This document shows, one piece after another, positions 18,349 through 27,942 of a stretch of 32,000 bases of DNA. Both the position numbers and the translations under genes were made by a program. The stretch's first letter is position 1. Each line of letters starts with the position of its first letter. Source of the DNA: Prochlorococcus sp. MIT 0801 (GTDB taxonomy: Bacteria > Cyanobacteriota > Cyanobacteriia > PCC-6307 > Cyanobiaceae). The DNA lies in NCBI RefSeq assembly GCF_000757865.1, contig NZ_CP007754.1:870001-902000 (forward strand), read 5' to 3'. The notes below the pieces were generated by a model, which made no database searches, was not told the origin of the DNA, and saw only the letters and a list, made by a program, of their open reading frames with translations.

Positions 18349-18435
18349 GGAGAGGTGGCCGAGTGGTTGAAGGCGCAGCACTGGAAATGCTGTATAGGGG
18401 CAACCCTATCGAGGGTTCGAATCCCTCTCTCTCCG
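18349..18435 (+). tRNA. tRNA-Ser (anticodon GGA), class II with long variable arm
   Basis: I folded the cloverleaf by hand.
- Acceptor stem: GGAGAGG/TCTCTCC, with one G-U pair.
- D arm: 3-bp stem GCC/GGC.
- Anticodon arm: stem CAGCA/TGCTG with loop CTGGAAA.
- Variable arm: ATAGGG-GCAA-CCCTAT.
- T arm: GAGGG-TTCGAAT-CCCTC.
- Discriminator: G.
CCA is not encoded. Confidence 0.95.
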
Positions 18436-18471
18436 TATAACAAGCTAACTTTTAATAAAAAAGCTTTAGTG

Positions 18472-19275
18472 TTATCCAAATTTTCCAGAGATATAGTCTT
18501 GAGTTGATTTTTGCTTTGGTGAATTGAACATGTTTTTTGTTTTATCAAACTCAACTAAAAATCCAATTTTTCCACCTAAATCCTTCTCTTTTTTCTCTGT
18601 GTTGAAAAAAGCTGTGTAATCACTGACTCTATTGGCTTGTTGCATATTGTGCGTAACAATAATGATTGTAAAATTCTTCTTTAATTCGTGAATTGTCTCT
18701 TCAATTTTTAAGGTAGATATTGGATCAAGTGCTGAGCATGGCTCATCCATTAAGATCACATCAGGTTCAATAGCAATTGTCCTTGCTATGCATAATCTTT
18801 GTTGTTGACCACCAGATAATGAATAACCACTTTCGTTTAATTTATCCTTGCACTCATCCCAAACTGCTGCCTTTCTAAGAGATTCTTCTACTAATTGATC
18901 CATATTACCTTTATATCCATTAACTCTTGCACCAAAGGCAATATTTTCGTAAATACTTTTAGGAAAAGGATTGGGTTGTTGAAAAACCATTCCAATTCTC
19001 CTTCTGACTTCAACTGGATCTATATCCTCTGCATATATATCTATACCTTCAAAAATAACACTGCCTGATAATTTGCAACCTTCTATTAAATCGTTCATTC
19101 GGTTGATTGCTCTGATAACAGTTGATTTACCACATCCTGATGGACCAATAAAAGATGTAACTTGATTCTTTTCAATATCACAAAATACATTTTTAACTGC
19201 AACTGAATTGCCATATGTAATTGATACATTATCTAGTGAGACTGAAGATGTAGATTTTAAATTTTTTTTATTCAT
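18472..19275 (-). CDS. pstB: phosphate ABC transporter ATP-binding protein PstB
   Basis: 267 aa. It has Walker [10 protein letters not shown], the ABC signature LSGGQQQRL, Walker [14 protein letters not shown], and PstB-typical blocks ([30 protein letters not shown]). Confidence 0.97.
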   Translation of the reverse strand: MNKKNLKSTSSVSLDNVSITYGNSVAVKNVFCDIEKNQVTSFIGPSGCGKSTVIRAINRMNDLIEGCKLSGSVIFEGIDIYAEDIDPVEVRRRIGMVFQQPNPFPKSIYENIAFGARVNGYKGNMDQLVEESLRKAAVWDECKDKLNESGYSLSGGQQQRLCIARTIAIEPDVILMDEPCSALDPISTLKIEETIHELKKNFTIIIVTHNMQQANRVSDYTAFFNTEKKEKDLGGKIGFLVEFDKTKNMFNSPKQKSTQDYISGKFG

Positions 19276-19306
19276 TAGAATATTATATTATTAGCTTTGC
19301 TCATAA

Positions 19307-20221
19307 TTATACTCTTTTTTTTGAAAAAGTACCAAGCGTGCCTATCCATCTTGAAAGGACATTAAGACTTAAAAGTACAACAACTAATATGAATGATGCT
19401 GCCCATGCTAGTTGGTTTTGAGCTTCATATGGTTCAAGAGCGAAATTGTAAATTAAGACTGACAATGAACCCATCTCATAGAAAAGATCATCAAAACTTG
19501 TAATATAATAACGGGAGAAAAGAGCTGTAAATATTAAAGGAGCTGTTTCTCCTGCTGCCCTGGCCAGTGCTAATAATACTCCTGTAGAAATTGAACTAAA
19601 TGCAGCTGGTAATGTGATATTTGTTATCATTGTGAATTTTGAGGCACCAACTCCAAATGCAGCTCTTCTCATATCATTTGGAACTAATTTAAGTGCTTCA
19701 TCAGTAGTTTTAATTATTGTTGGAAGCATTAAAATTGACAGTGATATTCCGCCTGCTATGCCGCTGAACATTGATCCAAATAATATTTTGGTGGAGACTA
19801 TAATTGCATATATAAATACACCAGCAATTATAGAAGGAACCCCTGCAAGTACATTTGATCCAAACCTTATAAATTTTGCAAACTTTCCTGATTTTGAATA
19901 TTCGGCAAGATATATTCCACCTCCTACTCCAACAGGTATTGATATTATTGAAGCAATAACTGACATTATAAAAGTTCCAGTTATTGCTGGTCCAATACCT
20001 CCAGCTGAGAGAAGATCGTCTCCTGGTGGCTCAGGTTCAAGAATTAAGGTATCTAAGTTTATATAACTTCCACCCTTAATTAGTACATAGCTTATGACTA
20101 ATATTAAAGGAAGTACAGAAATGATAGCAAAAATAGCAGAAATAAAAGTTAAGGCTTTGTTCCCAATATTTCTAGTTAGAGTGGGATTATAAATTAGAGA
20201 TTTTTGTGAAGTGTAATTCAT
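19307..20221 (-). CDS. pstA: phosphate ABC transporter permease PstA
   Basis: 304 aa, polytopic. The EAA-type loop is ALKLVPNDMRRAAFGVGASKF...LARAAGETAPL. It lies between pstC and pstB. Confidence 0.93.
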   Translation of the reverse strand: MNYTSQKSLIYNPTLTRNIGNKALTFISAIFAIISVLPLILVISYVLIKGGSYINLDTLILEPEPPGDDLLSAGGIGPAITGTFIMSVIASIISIPVGVGGGIYLAEYSKSGKFAKFIRFGSNVLAGVPSIIAGVFIYAIIVSTKILFGSMFSGIAGGISLSILMLPTIIKTTDEALKLVPNDMRRAAFGVGASKFTMITNITLPAAFSSISTGVLLALARAAGETAPLIFTALFSRYYITSFDDLFYEMGSLSVLIYNFALEPYEAQNQLAWAASFILVVVLLSLNVLSRWIGTLGTFSKKRV

Positions 20222-20224
20222 TTA

Positions 20225-21175
20225 TTAATATTTTAAGCTTAATTTTTTTACAATCCACTGGGCAAATACATTAACCAATAAGGTTAATATCATTAGGATT
20301 AATGCTGCATACATTAGAGAAGAGACTTGGCTTCCATCAGCTTCACCAAATTGATTAGCAAGCATTGATGAAATTGTATATGAAGGAGCAAATATTGACC
20401 AACTAAAGTTATTTGAATTGCCAATAATCATAGTAACTGCCATTGTCTCACCCATAGCTCTTCCTAGAGCAAGTAAAACTCCTCCTGTTATCCCAGAAAT
20501 TGCGGCTGGAATAATAACTTTAAAAATAGTAGTCCATCTTGAGGCTCCAATTCCATAGGCAGCTTGCCTAAGCTTAGATGGAACTTGATTTAGTGAATCT
20601 TTTGAAATCGATGTAATTATAGGTAATATCATTACCACAAGTATTAATATTGCGGGTAGCATTCCAGCACCCAAAGGTTGGGTGCTGAAAAATGGGATAA
20701 ATCCAAATACTTCGTAGATTATGTTCAAAAATGGTCTAATAAAAGGTTCCATAATAAATACTGCCCATAGTCCTAAAACTACTGATGGAATAGCAGCTAA
20801 AAGTTCAACCATTATTCCAATTACATTTCTTATATATTCGGGAATTATATTTTCAGTTATAAATATTGCAGTGCCGACACCCAATGGAATGGCAATTAAT
20901 AATGAAGCAATCGATGTTAAAAGGGTTCCATAAATAGCTGTGAATGCACCATACTCGTCTGTAACTGGATTCCATGCAGAGCTAAAAAGAAACCTCAGTC
21001 CATATCTTGAAATCGATTCAGTAGATTCATAGTAAACTACTGCAAATATAGAAAAAAGGACTACGGCTACCATTGAAGCCATGGCAACAACAATATTTTT
21101 AAAACCAAAATCTACCAACTTCTCTGAAGTTGGTCTTGTTCTCAGTGAAAATTTCGGTGTACTTGCTTTGTCCAC
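20225..21175 (-). CDS. pstC: phosphate ABC transporter permease PstC
   Basis: 316 aa, polytopic. It contains LNQVPSKLRQAAYGIGASRW...ALGRAMGETMAV. The longest ORF begins with GTG (CAC on the + strand at 21173..21175). It is separated from pstA by 3 nt. Confidence 0.92.
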   Translation of the reverse strand: MDKASTPKFSLRTRPTSEKLVDFGFKNIVVAMASMVAVVLFSIFAVVYYESTESISRYGLRFLFSSAWNPVTDEYGAFTAIYGTLLTSIASLLIAIPLGVGTAIFITENIIPEYIRNVIGIMVELLAAIPSVVLGLWAVFIMEPFIRPFLNIIYEVFGFIPFFSTQPLGAGMLPAILILVVMILPIITSISKDSLNQVPSKLRQAAYGIGASRWTTIFKVIIPAAISGITGGVLLALGRAMGETMAVTMIIGNSNNFSWSIFAPSYTISSMLANQFGEADGSQVSSLMYAALILMILTLLVNVFAQWIVKKLSLKY

Positions 21176-21222
21176 TCGCTAAAGCAATTTACTTTATGAA
21201 TCTATATCTATTTTCAAATTTT

Positions 21223-21256
21223 TCATTAACAGAGGGTTAATGATTGGCTTTAAGTG
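21223..21256 (-). promoter_or_regulatory. candidate Pho-box-like direct repeats upstream of pstC
   Basis: Read on the pstC strand, the element is CTTAAAGC-caatc-ATTAACCC-tct-GTTAATGA. There are three TTAA-cored 8-mers. The two promoter-proximal ones have the canonical 11-nt register and the distal one is 13 nt away. The last repeat ends ~56 nt before the GTG start, with TAGATA/TATAGA -10-like hexamers 12-17 nt downstream of it. This is a partial match only. Confidence 0.3.
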
Positions 21257-21326
21257 TTGAAGGGTACATAATAAGTATTGAATACCCTTAAATGCTAGTT
21301 ACTGTGGGGCTTAAATAAGTATTGCC

Positions 21327-23327
21327 ATGGGGAGAATAGTTGGCATTGACTTGGGAACGACTAATTCCGTTGTAGCGGTGTTGGAGGCTGGTAGGCCTGT
21401 TGTTATTGCTAGTGCTGAAGGTGCTAGAACTACACCATCTGTTGTTGGCTTTACTAAGGAATCTGAATTGTTAGTCGGTCAACTTGCTAGACGGCAATTA
21501 GTTCTTAATCCCAAAAACACTTTCTCCAATTTAAAAAGATTTGTTGGCAGAGCATGGGATGAGCTTGAAGAAGCAAGCCTTTCAGTTCCTTATAGTGTCC
21601 GCTCAAATGATCAGGGGAATGTTCGTATCACCTCTCCTATAACAAAAAGGGAATATGCACCTGAAGAACTGATTGGAAATATCATTAGGAAGTTAATAGA
21701 TGACGCTGAAACTTACTTAGGAGAAAACGTTGATGCTGCTGTAATCACTGTTCCCGCTTATTTCAACGATTCACAAAGACAAGCTACTCGCGATGCTGCG
21801 ATTTTGGCTGGCATATCTGTTGAAAGGATTCTAAATGAACCAACCTCCGCGGCTCTTGCTTATGGATTTGATAAAAGCTCCTCTAGAAAAGTTCTGGTTT
21901 TTGATTTAGGTGGTGGCACATTTGATGTGTCTTTAATGTCCATTTCTAATGGTGTTTTTGATGTAAAGGCAACTTCAGGTGATACACAATTGGGTGGTAA
22001 TGATTTTGATCAAAGAATTGTTGATTGGCTTGCTCAAGATTTTTTAGAAAAGAATAAAATAGACCTTAGAAGAGACAGGCAATCATTACAAAGACTTACT
22101 GAAGCGGCTGAGAAAGCTAAACAAGAACTTTCTGGTGTTCAAACCACACCCATTTCATTGCCTTTTATTTCTACAGGAAAAGATGGTCCACTACATATAG
22201 AAACTACCCTTAGTAGAAAAAAATACGAGAGTCTTTGCAATGACCTTTTAGATAGATTATTTGATCCTGTTAATACTGTTATTGATGATTCAGGTTGGAA
22301 TCCTGAGGATATCGATGAAGTTGTTCTTGTAGGTGGAAGTACGCGTATGCCAATGGTAAAGCAATTAGTTAAAACCTTAGTTCCAAATCCACCTTGTCAA
22401 TCTGTTAACCCTGATGAAGTTGTGGCTATTGGTGCGGCAATTCAAGGTGGCATTCTTTCAGGAGAGTTGAGAGACCTTTTGTTGAATGATGTCACTCCTC
22501 TTTCGTTAGGACTAGAAACTGTTGGAGGTTTAATGAAAGTTCTAATTCCACGTAATACCTCTATACCAGTAAGACAATCCGATGTTTTTAGTACATCTGC
22601 CTCAAATCAATCATCAGTTGAGATTCATATCTGGCAAGGAGAAAGGCAAATGGCCTCAGACAACAAATCACTGGGAAAATTTAAATTATCTGGTATTCCT
22701 CCTGCTCCAAGAGGTGTTCCTCAAGTTCAGGTGGCTTTTGATATTGATGCTAATGGTCTATTAGAAGTCAGTGCCACTGATAGAACTACAGGGAGAAAAC
22801 AATCAGTAAGTGTTACCGGCGGTTCAAATCTGAATCAAAATGAAGTGAATAAGTTGATTGAGGAGTCCAAAGTAAAGGCCTCTGAAGATAGAAAAAAGCG
22901 AGCTTCTATTGATCAGAAAAATAATGCATTAACACTTGTTGCTCAAGCTGAGAGACGGCTAAGAGATGCTTCTCTTGAGTTAGGACCCTATGGCGCAGAA
23001 AGACAACAAAGATCTGTAGAGGTTGCGATGCGGGACGTTGAAGATTTGCTTCAAGATAATGATTTGCAAGAACTCGAATATGCAGTCGGTTCTCTACAAG
23101 AAGCATTATTTGGTTTGAATCGTCGCTTGTCAGCAGAAAGAAAAACAGAGTCAAATCCCATACAAGGTATTAAAAATACTTTTGGGTCATTAAAGGACGA
23201 ATTATTTTCAGACGATTATTGGGATGATGATCCTTGGGATTATTCTCAAGGACGTCAAAATAGAAATGGTGATAATAATTATGGGAGAAGGGATGTAGAT
23301 CCTTGGGATAATGACTACTACCGTTGA
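21327..23327 (+). CDS. dnaK: Hsp70 chaperone DnaK paralogue (operon-linked to a J-protein; DnaK3-like arrangement)
   Basis: 666 aa. It contains [30 protein letters not shown] and a substrate-binding domain. The C-terminal tail is atypical and rich in Asp, Trp and Tyr. Confidence 0.96.
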   Translation: MGRIVGIDLGTTNSVVAVLEAGRPVVIASAEGARTTPSVVGFTKESELLVGQLARRQLVLNPKNTFSNLKRFVGRAWDELEEASLSVPYSVRSNDQGNVRITSPITKREYAPEELIGNIIRKLIDDAETYLGENVDAAVITVPAYFNDSQRQATRDAAILAGISVERILNEPTSAALAYGFDKSSSRKVLVFDLGGGTFDVSLMSISNGVFDVKATSGDTQLGGNDFDQRIVDWLAQDFLEKNKIDLRRDRQSLQRLTEAAEKAKQELSGVQTTPISLPFISTGKDGPLHIETTLSRKKYESLCNDLLDRLFDPVNTVIDDSGWNPEDIDEVVLVGGSTRMPMVKQLVKTLVPNPPCQSVNPDEVVAIGAAIQGGILSGELRDLLLNDVTPLSLGLETVGGLMKVLIPRNTSIPVRQSDVFSTSASNQSSVEIHIWQGERQMASDNKSLGKFKLSGIPPAPRGVPQVQVAFDIDANGLLEVSATDRTTGRKQSVSVTGGSNLNQNEVNKLIEESKVKASEDRKKRASIDQKNNALTLVAQAERRLRDASLELGPYGAERQQRSVEVAMRDVEDLLQDNDLQELEYAVGSLQEALFGLNRRLSAERKTESNPIQGIKNTFGSLKDELFSDDYWDDDPWDYSQGRQNRNGDNNYGRRDVDPWDNDYYR

Positions 23328-24228
23328 TCCTAATTATTGGTCTCTATTAGGAGTCTCTCCAGAATGTGATTCTAATGAGCTTAAATCTGCCTTTAGGAAA
23401 GAGGCAAGAAAGTGGCACCCTGATTTAAATAAGAATGATGTCAATGCAGAGGAAAGATTTAAATTAATTAATGAAGCCTATGCGATACTTAGCGATCCAA
23501 AAAAGAGAAGGGAATGGGAGAAGCAAAATAATAAACATGAAGATATCTTTGAAAATAGATTTCCAACCTATGAGGAATATATAAATATTGTATTAGGAAT
23601 AAGAATAGATTTAAAAAAAGAAAGTGATGAACAATATTCAGAACCTTCTGAAGATGAATACGAAGACTTTGAACAAACTAATTTTAATGAATATATTCCT
23701 ACCACCAGTGAGCCAGTACCACCTCCAACTTTAATTTATGAAGATCAAGAGTCAATTGTAGAAATCTCACCAGATCAAGCTCTTTATGGTTCTTCAGTAG
23801 ATATTCAGTTGCAAGACGGCACCCTTGTTGAGGTTTTAACTCCGCCATTTGCAGGTGATGGATGGAGATTACGAATAGAAGGTGCTGCAATCGGTTGTCG
23901 CGATCATTTTGTTCAATTAAAAGTACAAACGAAAGAAGGTCTAAGAATAGATGGATTAAGAGTTACATATCGTCTTGAATTGTTTCCACATGATGCTTTA
24001 TTGGGTTGTGCTGTTGATATTCCAACTTTAAATGGATCTGTAACATTACAAGTACCTCCTAATTCTTCTACAGGGAGGTTATTAAGACTTAGAGGACGTG
24101 GATTGGAATACGAGGAATATCGTGGTGATCAAATAGTTGAAATAATTATTGTGTTACCGGATAATTTAAGTGATTCTGAACTAGCATTATATCAACGTCT
24201 AAATGAAATATCTATGGAGAATTATTAG
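23311..24228 (+). CDS. dnaJ: J-domain co-chaperone (DnaJ-like, no Gly/Phe region and no zinc finger)
   Basis: 305 aa. The J-domain carries the HPD motif ([12 protein letters not shown]). It is followed by an acidic linker and then a DnaJ C-terminal beta-domain-like region (LRLRGRGL....GDQIVEI). No CxxCxGxG repeats are present. The start overlaps the dnaK 3' end by 17 nt. Confidence 0.88.
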   Translation: MTTTVDPNYWSLLGVSPECDSNELKSAFRKEARKWHPDLNKNDVNAEERFKLINEAYAILSDPKKRREWEKQNNKHEDIFENRFPTYEEYINIVLGIRIDLKKESDEQYSEPSEDEYEDFEQTNFNEYIPTTSEPVPPPTLIYEDQESIVEISPDQALYGSSVDIQLQDGTLVEVLTPPFAGDGWRLRIEGAAIGCRDHFVQLKVQTKEGLRIDGLRVTYRLELFPHDALLGCAVDIPTLNGSVTLQVPPNSSTGRLLRLRGRGLEYEEYRGDQIVEIIIVLPDNLSDSELALYQRLNEISMENY

Positions 24229-24284
24229 AATTATATTTTTTATTCAATTTATCGATTTATAATTAAATTGGTTATTTATTTACT

Positions 24285-24677
24285 ATGTTAGTTAATGTCC
24301 TTTTGTATGAGGCGGGGACTGAAAGTGAAGGCATACATTCCCTCGAACTTAAGGGAACGACAGTAATCCTTATGTTCGAAGACAAGGACGATGCTGAGAG
24401 ATATTGTGGACTTTTAGAAGCTCAAGACTTTCCTACACCATCTGTTGAGGAGTTAACCAAGACGGATATTGAAGCATTTTGTATTGAAGCTGGTTATGAA
24501 TCCCGCTTTGTAGAAAAAGGCTTTATCCCAAGAACCGATGAAGAGCGCCTTATGATTTCACCACCTCTTTCAAATTTAGAAGTAGGAAATTGGCAAAATC
24601 AAGATAATTTAAATGAACAAACATCTTCTAATGATCAACTCCAAGATATAAAAAAACGTTTAGAAAATCTTTTATGA
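24285..24677 (+). CDS. DUF3110-family protein (cyanobacteria/plastid lineage), function unknown
   Basis: 130 aa. From memory, the pattern VLLY.AGT..EGIHSL...G....LMFED.DDA.RY..LLEAQDFP.P.VE.......E.FC resembles DUF3110. Confidence 0.7.
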   Translation: MLVNVLLYEAGTESEGIHSLELKGTTVILMFEDKDDAERYCGLLEAQDFPTPSVEELTKTDIEAFCIEAGYESRFVEKGFIPRTDEERLMISPPLSNLEVGNWQNQDNLNEQTSSNDQLQDIKKRLENLL

Positions 24678-25606
24678 GTGATATAAATAAAGATTCAAAA
24701 AATATTATTAATCGAATACTAACTGAGCAGATTAATTTAACTTCTAATGAATTGGATACTAAGTCGACAAATGAAATAGTTAATATTTTTTCAGAAGCTG
24801 ATAAAGAACCCCAAAAAGCTGTGGAGCGAGTTATTCCAGAATTAGTTAATGCTATTGATGAAATCACTGCAAGACTTAAATTAAATGGCAGATTATTTTA
24901 TATTGGTACTGGTACTTCAGGAAGATTGGGAGTACTTGATGCCTCAGAATGTCCCCCAACTTTTTGCACGAATCCTGATTTGGTTCAAGGAATAATCGCT
25001 GGAGGTGTACCATCTCTAACAAAAAGTTCTGAATATCTAGAGGATTTATCTGAGATTGCTATTGCTGATCTTAAAGATAGAGATTTCTCATGTAGAGATG
25101 TCTTAATAGGTATAACAGCAAGTGGTAGAACTCCTTATGTTCTAAGTGCATTAAACTATTCCAAAAGTTTAAATGCACTAACTATTTCTATTTCATCAGT
25201 TCCAGAAAGTGATTCAACTTTAGATAATAATATCGATATTAGGCTGATTACTGGACCTGAAATTCTTGCGGGTTCTACAAGATTAAAAGCTGGAACAGCT
25301 ACAAAGATGGCTTTAAATATAATTTCTACATCTGTGATGATTAAATTAGGTAAGGTTTATGGCAATAGAATGATTGATTTATCAGTATCCAATGACAAAT
25401 TATTGGATAGAGCAATCGGTATTTTATTTGATATTGGATCGGTTGATAAAGAAACTTCTATTCGACTTTTAAAGAAGACAAATGGATCTGTAAAATTGTC
25501 TTTATTAATTGCTTTGTCTGGAATGGATGTTATAGATGCCAAGCAATTACTTAATGATTCAAAGGGTAATTTAAGAACTGCACTTATTAAATTTAAAGAT
25601 AATTGA
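24674..25606 (+). CDS. murQ: N-acetylmuramic acid 6-phosphate etherase MurQ
   Basis: 310 aa with a SIS domain. It contains GRLFYIGTGTSGRLGVLDASECPPTF, ITASGRTPYV and GSTRLKAGTATKM. The start overlaps the DUF3110 stop (ATGA). Confidence 0.92.
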   Translation: MSDINKDSKNIINRILTEQINLTSNELDTKSTNEIVNIFSEADKEPQKAVERVIPELVNAIDEITARLKLNGRLFYIGTGTSGRLGVLDASECPPTFCTNPDLVQGIIAGGVPSLTKSSEYLEDLSEIAIADLKDRDFSCRDVLIGITASGRTPYVLSALNYSKSLNALTISISSVPESDSTLDNNIDIRLITGPEILAGSTRLKAGTATKMALNIISTSVMIKLGKVYGNRMIDLSVSNDKLLDRAIGILFDIGSVDKETSIRLLKKTNGSVKLSLLIALSGMDVIDAKQLLNDSKGNLRTALIKFKDN

Positions 25607-25695
25607 ATTATGATCAATTAAATCTTAGGTATTCTTATTGTACTTTCTGCATTAAACTTTAAAAGAAGTTATTATGAGAAAAATTAACTTGAGTT

Positions 25696-26133
25696 ATGTC
25701 TAAAGTATTGATGGAAACAGATAAAGGCCAATTGACTATTGACCTCTTTGATAATGATGCACCAAAAACAGTAGAAAACTTTTTGAAACTTGTTAAAGAA
25801 GGTTTTTACAATGGCCTATCTTTTCACAGAGTCATTAATGGGTTTATGGCTCAAGGCGGATGTCCAAATACAAGAGAGGGCTCAAGAGGTATGCCTGGCA
25901 CTGGAGGCCCTGGTTATTCCATAAATTGTGAAATTAATCCAAACAAACATGAAGCTGGTTCTCTTTCTATGGCCCACGCAGGAAAGGATACTGGTGGTAG
26001 CCAATTCTTTTTAGTTCATTCTCCACAGCCACATTTGGATGGAGTACATACTGTTTTTGGTAAAACTAATGATATTAAAACTCTTCTATCTATCACTAAT
26101 GGTACTAAAATTAATAGTGTAAGTATTATTTAA
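25696..26133 (+). CDS. peptidyl-prolyl cis-trans isomerase, cyclophilin type
   Basis: 145 aa. The cyclophilin blocks are present: [37 protein letters not shown]. Confidence 0.93.
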   Translation: MSKVLMETDKGQLTIDLFDNDAPKTVENFLKLVKEGFYNGLSFHRVINGFMAQGGCPNTREGSRGMPGTGGPGYSINCEINPNKHEAGSLSMAHAGKDTGGSQFFLVHSPQPHLDGVHTVFGKTNDIKTLLSITNGTKINSVSII

Positions 26134-26169
26134 TAACTTAAGACATAAATTTATTATCTAATCTTGTAA

Positions 26170-27855
26170 TTAACTCCATTCAATAGTTCTGTTCTTATCT
26201 TTTAAATTCCAATCAAATAACGGCGAATTTTCAAAATTTGAAAGTTCGCTAATATTTTTTTCCTCAATCGATATATTTGAGGAAGGATGTAAAAGTCTTT
26301 CATAATTATCAGTTTTAATTATTCCAATTCTTTCTGTATTTTTCCAATTGCTTAGTTCCTTAAGTAGTGACTCAAGTAATCTTTTATCTATCAAGTTACC
26401 TTCCAAATGTGCTTTGATATCTCTATGTCTAACATTCCAAATAAATAATGGGTTTTCACATAGAGCTATTAACCTTTGAGCAGTTTGAATAGAAATATTT
26501 AAAAAATGGTTTTCTGACCACTTACATGCTTTATCTTCAAAATGTTTTAATTCTCTGTTGTCAACTTTTCCATCCCAATAGACAACAATATTTTGTCTTT
26601 CATTGATTAAGTTTGTCTGAATATTATTATCAATTAAGTGTCCAAGTTTTTCTCTTTTCACCTCAAGATAAGCTGCATTATGATCTCCCGGACAAATAAC
26701 TAATGGAACTCTAGATTCAACCTGAAGACCATATCCACCAAGACCAGCTATTTTTCTAGGATTATTTGTTAGTAATTTAAGTCTATTTATTCCTAAATCT
26801 GTCAATATTTGCGCCCCTACTCCATAGTTTCTTAAATCTGCAGGAAAACCTAACTTCTCATTTGCTTCAACAGTATCTAATCCTCCATCTTGTAGATTAT
26901 AGGCTTTTAATTTGTTAACTAAACCTATACCTCTCCCTTCCTGCCTTAGATAGACAACAACTCCTTCTCCTTCTTCAGAAATTCTTGACAAGGCAGCTTC
27001 TAATTGAGGCCTACAATCGCACCTTAATGATCCAAACGCGTCTCCCGTTAGACACTCTGAGTGCATTCTTACTAATACTGGCTCTTTTAAATTTTCTGGA
27101 TTTCCTTTTATTATCGCTACATGTTCTGATCCATCCAATTCATTCTTATAACCGATTGCCTTGAAATCTCCAAATAGGCTAGGCAACTTTGCTATTGCTT
27201 GTCTGTACACAAATCTCTCATTTTCAAGTCTGTAGTGAATTAAATCTGCAATACTGATTAACTTTAAATTTCTTTCTTGCGCATACTTTTTTAACTCAGG
27301 CAATCTTGCCATTGAGCCATCCAGATTTTGAATTTCACATATAACGCCTGCAGGAGATAAGCCTGCTAACAAAGATAGATCTACTGCCGCTTCCGTATGT
27401 CCAGCCCTTTTCAAGACTCCTCCAATTTTTGCTCTTAAAGGGAAAATATGACCCGGTCTTCTTAAATCAATTGGTTTTGTTTGACTATTAAGAGCAACTT
27501 GAATTGTTTTAGCCCTATCTTCAGCCGAAATACCCGTAGATACTCCAAATTCTGGACCTGCATCGATACTTACTGTGAATGCGGTTTGGTTTGAATCGGT
27601 ATTTCTGTCAACCATTAATGGAAGATCTAATTCGTCTAATCTTTCGCCTTGCATTGCTAGACATATCAAACCTCTAGCCTCTGTTGCCATGAAATTTATT
27701 TGCTGGGGAGTCGCAAATTGAGCAGCACATATTAAATCGCCTTCGTTTTCTCTCTTTTCATCATCAACCACAACAACACATTCACCATTTCTGATAGCAG
27801 CTAGAGCATCTGCTATATCATCAAATTCAATTTCATAACAATCTTCTGATTTCAA
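26170..27855 (-). CDS. ribBA: bifunctional 3,4-dihydroxy-2-butanone-4-phosphate synthase / GTP cyclohydrolase II (RibBA) with extra C-terminal region
   Basis: 561 aa. The DHBP synthase blocks are [11 protein letters not shown] and GHTEAAVDL. The GCH II blocks are [28 protein letters not shown] and LLTNNP. The recognisable enzyme ends near residue ~407, and residues ~408-561 match nothing I recognise. Confidence 0.93.
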   Translation of the reverse strand: MKSEDCYEIEFDDIADALAAIRNGECVVVVDDEKRENEGDLICAAQFATPQQINFMATEARGLICLAMQGERLDELDLPLMVDRNTDSNQTAFTVSIDAGPEFGVSTGISAEDRAKTIQVALNSQTKPIDLRRPGHIFPLRAKIGGVLKRAGHTEAAVDLSLLAGLSPAGVICEIQNLDGSMARLPELKKYAQERNLKLISIADLIHYRLENERFVYRQAIAKLPSLFGDFKAIGYKNELDGSEHVAIIKGNPENLKEPVLVRMHSECLTGDAFGSLRCDCRPQLEAALSRISEEGEGVVVYLRQEGRGIGLVNKLKAYNLQDGGLDTVEANEKLGFPADLRNYGVGAQILTDLGINRLKLLTNNPRKIAGLGGYGLQVESRVPLVICPGDHNAAYLEVKREKLGHLIDNNIQTNLINERQNIVVYWDGKVDNRELKHFEDKACKWSENHFLNISIQTAQRLIALCENPLFIWNVRHRDIKAHLEGNLIDKRLLESLLKELSNWKNTERIGIIKTDNYERLLHPSSNISIEEKNISELSNFENSPLFDWNLKDKNRTIEWS

Positions 27856-27942
27856 CTTATTCCTCGTGTTTGTGGTGAAATGGTTCTTTGCTAATTATTC
27901 TCAAATGAATATCTGCTCATTCTACGAAATAACATTGATGTT

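Noticed and set aside
18349-18435. Possibility that tRNA-Ser anchors a genomic island or integrated element.
   Set aside because: The flanks are housekeeping genes (the IMPase/hisZ unit and pstBAC). There is no integrase, no partial tRNA duplication (att-like repeat) and no compositional break.
18333-18554. A 73-aa minus-strand ORF.
   Set aside because: It lies across tRNA-Ser and the 3' end of pstB. Its reading frame is a by-product of the GC-richer tRNA sequence, and it has no protein-like features.
27856-27942. Possible FMN riboswitch upstream of ribBA.
   Set aside because: The spacer is only 87 nt and is shared with the divergent argC promoter. It is AT-rich and has none of the conserved GC-rich FMN-element helices.
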